A DNA stretch of 36,076 bases from a virus (lineage: Duplodnaviria > Caudoviricetes): the IMG/VR virus record IMGVR_UViG_3300027679_000017, positions 1-36,076 of that record; one strand, 5' to 3'. Under the pieces are notes generated by a model, which made no database searches, was not told where the DNA came from, and saw only the letters and a list, made by a program, of their open reading frames with translations. The position numbers were made by a program, and so were the translations under genes. Position 1 is the first letter of the stretch. The number at the start of each line of letters is the position of its first letter. Below are positions 34,601 through 36,076 of the stretch, in pieces.

Positions 34601-36076
34601 TGTGGCCGGTGATGCGCTCGCTATCGATGAGCGGGATGACTTGGTTGAGGTTCTCGCGCACCCAGTCCATGGTGATGCGTTGCTCCGCGATGGCCCGCTT
34701 GAGGTTATCCTGCGAGAAGTCGCGTACGACTTTGTCGCCGGTTGCTCCACCATAGATGCGGATCACGGATTTGAAGATGCCCTCCGCAAGCACACCTTGG
34801 TTGCTGGCGAGGACAGGGAAGTTGGCGAGTTCGGCGGGTTCTTTGATATCCCTCCCGATAGTTCCAACGGTCTGGAAGAGGTTATCGAGGTTCTTTTCAG
34901 TGGGGTTGGCCTCGTATTCGTTGAGAAGGTCGCGCGGAGTATCGCTGAGAAGGAACTTCTGGACATCCTCGCCGCGACCGATGGATTCATTCCACTGGTT
35001 CAAAAATGACATGGCCTCCGCGATGCCACGGGTCGTGCCGGTGATCTGGTTGCGGAGGAGTTCACTGATGGCGATCTGTGCGGACTGCGCGTCTTCGGTG
35101 GTGTATCTGACCTCGCCCTTGGGATCGCGGATGACAAACTTCTTGGACCCGTCTGCGAGGGTTTCGCGGGTGAGCGTGTGCGTGTTGGGGTTTTGCTGCT
35201 GCTCTTGAGCGGAGGTGATTTTTCCCTCTATGTAGGCCGCGCCTGCTTTGACATTCTCCGGGGTGAGCTTGCCGAATTCGGATTGGAAGTTTTGCTGCAC
35301 CTCGGCGAGGTCTTTGCCATCCTCGATTTTTTTGATGGCGGCATCGTCCATGCCTGTCATGCGGTAGATATCTTGGCGCTCCTCAAATTGCGCGAAGCGT
35401 TTGTTATCCGCAAAGCTGGCTACGCCTGTGCCAAAAAAGATGGTAGGAAGCGATGCGGCGAGGACATCCATCCGTGACCCTTCCCATTTCTCAAGGATAG
35501 GTTGCCATTTCACATCCGGCACATCGGCTCCGAGCGCCTCGGCGACATCCTGCACCAGTGGGGTGGTGAGGTCTTGAGCGCCTTCCACAAGTTGCTCGCC
35601 GGTAGCGGCGGCCAAGAAGCGCACGCCCGCGCTGCCAGCTTTCCCCACGCGAGCGGGGTTGCCGATCTTACGCATGAGTTTCTCAAAGACAGGGAGCTTA
35701 CCAAAGAGCGCCTTCGCGCCGGTGCGCTCCAACCCGGCTTGGATGGCTGCGCTAACGCTACCGACCTGTATGGCTTGATCCACATTCATCCCTTGGCTGC
35801 GGAGTTGGTCGTACTCGTCGGAAAATATAGCTGCGCCAGCGAGGTAGGGACCGACGAATGGGACTAAAGCCGTGGCAGTGTAGGCTAGACCTTGAGGTGA
35901 TCCGTAGGCCATTGATTCCATGAAACCGAGGAACCCGCCCTTGTTGATCTTTTCGATGGGGTCAAACTGATTGTCAGCGACATTCTTGAGTTCGCGGATG
36001 ATCTCGAAGCGCTTGACCTTCTGGCGGGCCTTACCGGCATCGGCGGCAATCTCCTCTGGAGTGACCTTGCGGAGGT
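28644..36076 (-). CDS. Giant polyvalent protein / probable ejected internal virion protein, 5'-truncated (>2470 aa)
   Basis: The frame stays open from 35921 to the window edge (LRKVTPEEIAADAGKARQKVKRF...). Contains ART-like (YHGT..VYFT), ParB/Srx (DGHHR) and PRTase (IIIVEDVHNTGES) segments and a long helical C-terminal region; sits just before the lysis genes. Confidence 0.85.
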   Translation of the reverse strand, partial: LRKVTPEEIAADAGKARQKVKRFEIIRELKNVADNQFDPIEKINKGGFLGFMESMAYGSPQGLAYTATALVPFVGPYLAGAAIFSDEYDQLRSQGMNVDQAIQVGSVSAAIQAGLERTGAKALFGKLPVFEKLMRKIGNPARVGKAGSAGVRFLAAATGEQLVEGAQDLTTPLVQDVAEALGADVPDVKWQPILEKWEGSRMDVLAASLPTIFFGTGVASFADNKRFAQFEERQDIYRMTGMDDAAIKKIEDGKDLAEVQQNFQSEFGKLTPENVKAGAAYIEGKITSAQEQQQNPNTHTLTRETLADGSKKFVIRDPKGEVRYTTEDAQSAQIAISELLRNQITGTTRGIAEAMSFLNQWNESIGRGEDVQKFLLSDTPRDLLNEYEANPTEKNLDNLFQTVGTIGRDIKEPAELANFPVLASNQGVLAEGIFKSVIRIYGGATGDKVVRDFSQDNLKRAIAEQRITMDWVRENLNQVIPLIDSERITGHTLRTETDTDVIESFSDVALAYMTGRIREEQIPEGFRGFLRRMAIVVKDIFRRAYNLKRAIAEGKVDANFESFLADSVGLNQQARVDTARERIAGEVLADTEENGNRIAASQALAQPVSTDTNYSIGKVDETTGLPLNPNGTVTVYHGTTKESAAEIQRAGILKSAGEPDVYFTTAKEGTGYGDGTVVGVEIDPKQLILDDEFPDGRRDFRVNVGKSKSLAVKLSQPTSATNYSSEEKYNQIVPEISSVNPNKVSRRDMYEVAKVSPDVAANMSFEKPIEVSLFADGTLMLSDGHHRLAAAKQLGMNSIPAVVRSINAKGNHINALITEQQPGATNYSIGKTNRAEEMFTPVSSSSDVKGLRADKNAWVDGGYTLEGADSLVAKYYKPERYSKLPKDAILVPVPSTSGRNILPERLAASIAKNFGQPISFDELAVNTATKQSKHKLDFWQKLEDPVQYKPVFENIAKLRAMGRPIIIVEDVHNTGESWMEFAKVLRNAGIDVQGVATLATTDARITSPRDIERISQKVSSATNRPLDEVLPLMQSLFSATYKQFFNKAEQAVSRSPKDSGRLVALAEGRASSIAKSNEPRAASENASTRGARGIASSLSSDTGKKDKEVVVDPDETTDPGTPAPDTGVEILDPDREGEDIPWGPTNYSIGPRSLPEVFPTIDKKLFNKIKKETSTIAAIHIDRMKVGELMGIPLQGGMFYPSIVENLKAGVVWAFNASNVARTVARRAAANGGYVKLVLMQEGNVIGNKTFTHVWFENLKKNIGDGLITEDTALAELNRVREMFANHENSKLNTGHGTKWMTLEQAKDAIISLPQQKRASTYFKKTKTVTVGDGEKIAYQQLLSKKNTKKGMPDAITLVEQMEEPSFKGMPKGAIVGIIKIDPIKDSDPILTGAQAGVPTHLSYDYVLKGKPVAKMKKITVLDDAFPDTKDLILTQQNTNFPLTEAINYSIASQSEIDRVNKALGGMNRGPDERLKVYQRAKAKFSKLMAWNSDELAAMADTGSDESQIRRTQILQALGELDGILSVLPPEVRGRVGGYTKLAGIAPHDVLKDGVKVSEVSGMNGAIISAWMREGQNIGQAGKQVSLPPGYTATENLSTKRADKVIADFFRDRIKRMDTELEKVLVREYTEAITKVVKQSRPKAGDNGVRKSTLGAETQKFADTVLRATLLDDEATAKRMAEIEAALTMPDATAEDISALSEEWSILNTFGDLDNRSSETLAQGLDWLKGQFQMGREAWRIKEQARIDEQRARNAATIEWLGKGTAKKRFADKGLMQRIGETANNYLLDHASFEQFVSAFLPQEIASNFSERLRKADMAAQSAEIREGKGIIDAVRAGAKAANMSAGEAMLWLKADQKNAVSYLEGRKVKDERIAIDLAQKIVTGEADRSKLTEADVETLRNELAALPADTQKEFVTIKRVIFRGEDVKLDMSRAKAMQLLLSWNQPDVQIKMRKEGWTDDSAADLNALVNDPVSRKVMAYAKELYGKGAGIVNPVYSRMFGMNMPQVKNYAPTRFINAKDSKDVGIDGSPSATGTTPGFAKSRVTHSAKIAPEDALTVMQGHIAQQAHWVHFAELAREFRAILSNPEVRESLKQTHGDGVLKSAELWADQLEQRGGNKAKEIAWFNPILGTVLSGKAVSSLGFNLKTLAMQLDNTVRFGLALDMRQIVSALSNPSTIVEDIQTVWESDALQNRLQGGATAEARFLFSRYAGKPNFAAKIAEASMTPINWLDSAGTSISSAIVYRANLNDALAAGMPEQLAKQTALDAASQAIYRFAQPVSFGQKSIVENNANVMGKMFFLFMSDARLKTAILADAARGLATGSGDKGTHMRRILAIETMAVLSHVVSSAFRDGLSDDDDDEIWNLGGFAKAMLLAPLQGYFFAGTLGELAISKLTGQKTFNSTTQNPLLSAMEQAARAGNNLEDALNLDDPDAMTKEWNNIFRSMALSPAMAAPAVLLNMVKPVMGLYENATTED
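31719..34241 (-). repeat. Five [T/I]NYS[I/S] linker repeats delimiting four domain cassettes
   Basis: Linkers at 34224-34241, 33900-33914, 33585-33602, 32625-32642 and 31719-31736, all in frame. The 20-mer TTCCCAATGCTGTAGTTGGT is identical in two of them. Confidence 0.85.

Larger units (their letters stand above)
1..36076 (-). mobile_element. Temperate podovirus-like tailed phage genome (partial, apparently excised/circularly permuted form)
   Basis: Contiguous co-oriented terminase, portal, scaffold, capsid, tail tubular A/B, lysis, integrase and replication genes. No host housekeeping genes. Phage genes lie on both sides of the att site. Confidence 0.95.

Noticed and set aside
96-35867. Long plus-strand ORFs in the track (e.g. 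6330-7103, 11881-12693, 17264-18280, 26397-27143, 30666-31868)
   Set aside because: They lie antisense to well-supported minus-strand genes, show no recognisable motifs, and are expected shadows of GC-rich codon usage.

Overview
The window is most of a temperate podovirus-type tailed phage genome, with essentially every credible gene on the minus strand. It appears to be in the excised state: a tRNA-Ser(CGA) 3'-end attP sits between the lysis genes and the integrase. In transcription order (right to left) it holds: a 5'-truncated giant (>2470 aa) polyvalent, probably ejected protein; holin, lipoprotein and CHAP endolysin; attP and a tyrosine integrase; two ribbon-helix-helix regulators and an excisionase-like HTH; RecT-like annealase and PD-(D/E)XK nuclease; a dual-frame C5 methyltransferase; replication initiator and DnaC-like loader; SSB-like and RusA-like proteins; terminase; portal; scaffold; tRNA-fMet; major capsid; three tail-tubular-A-like genes; fiber proteins; a tail-tubular-B nozzle; a GNAT-like gene; and an internal virion protein that runs off the left edge. 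The most unusual observations are: (1) four AT-richer cassettes (ART-like, ParB/Srx, PRTase, unknown) inserted in frame in the giant protein between five repeated TNYSI-type linkers that are partly identical at DNA level; (2) six tandem tail-adaptor domains, built as a duplicated triplet and split at the same point across three genes; (3) a 15-bp motif present 11 times, strongly strand-biased and abutting the starts of late genes; (4) about 1 kb of same-strand dual coding in the methyltransferase; (5) an initiator tRNA with an altered anticodon arm. All product calls come from motif recognition by eye and gene order; no database searches were run.
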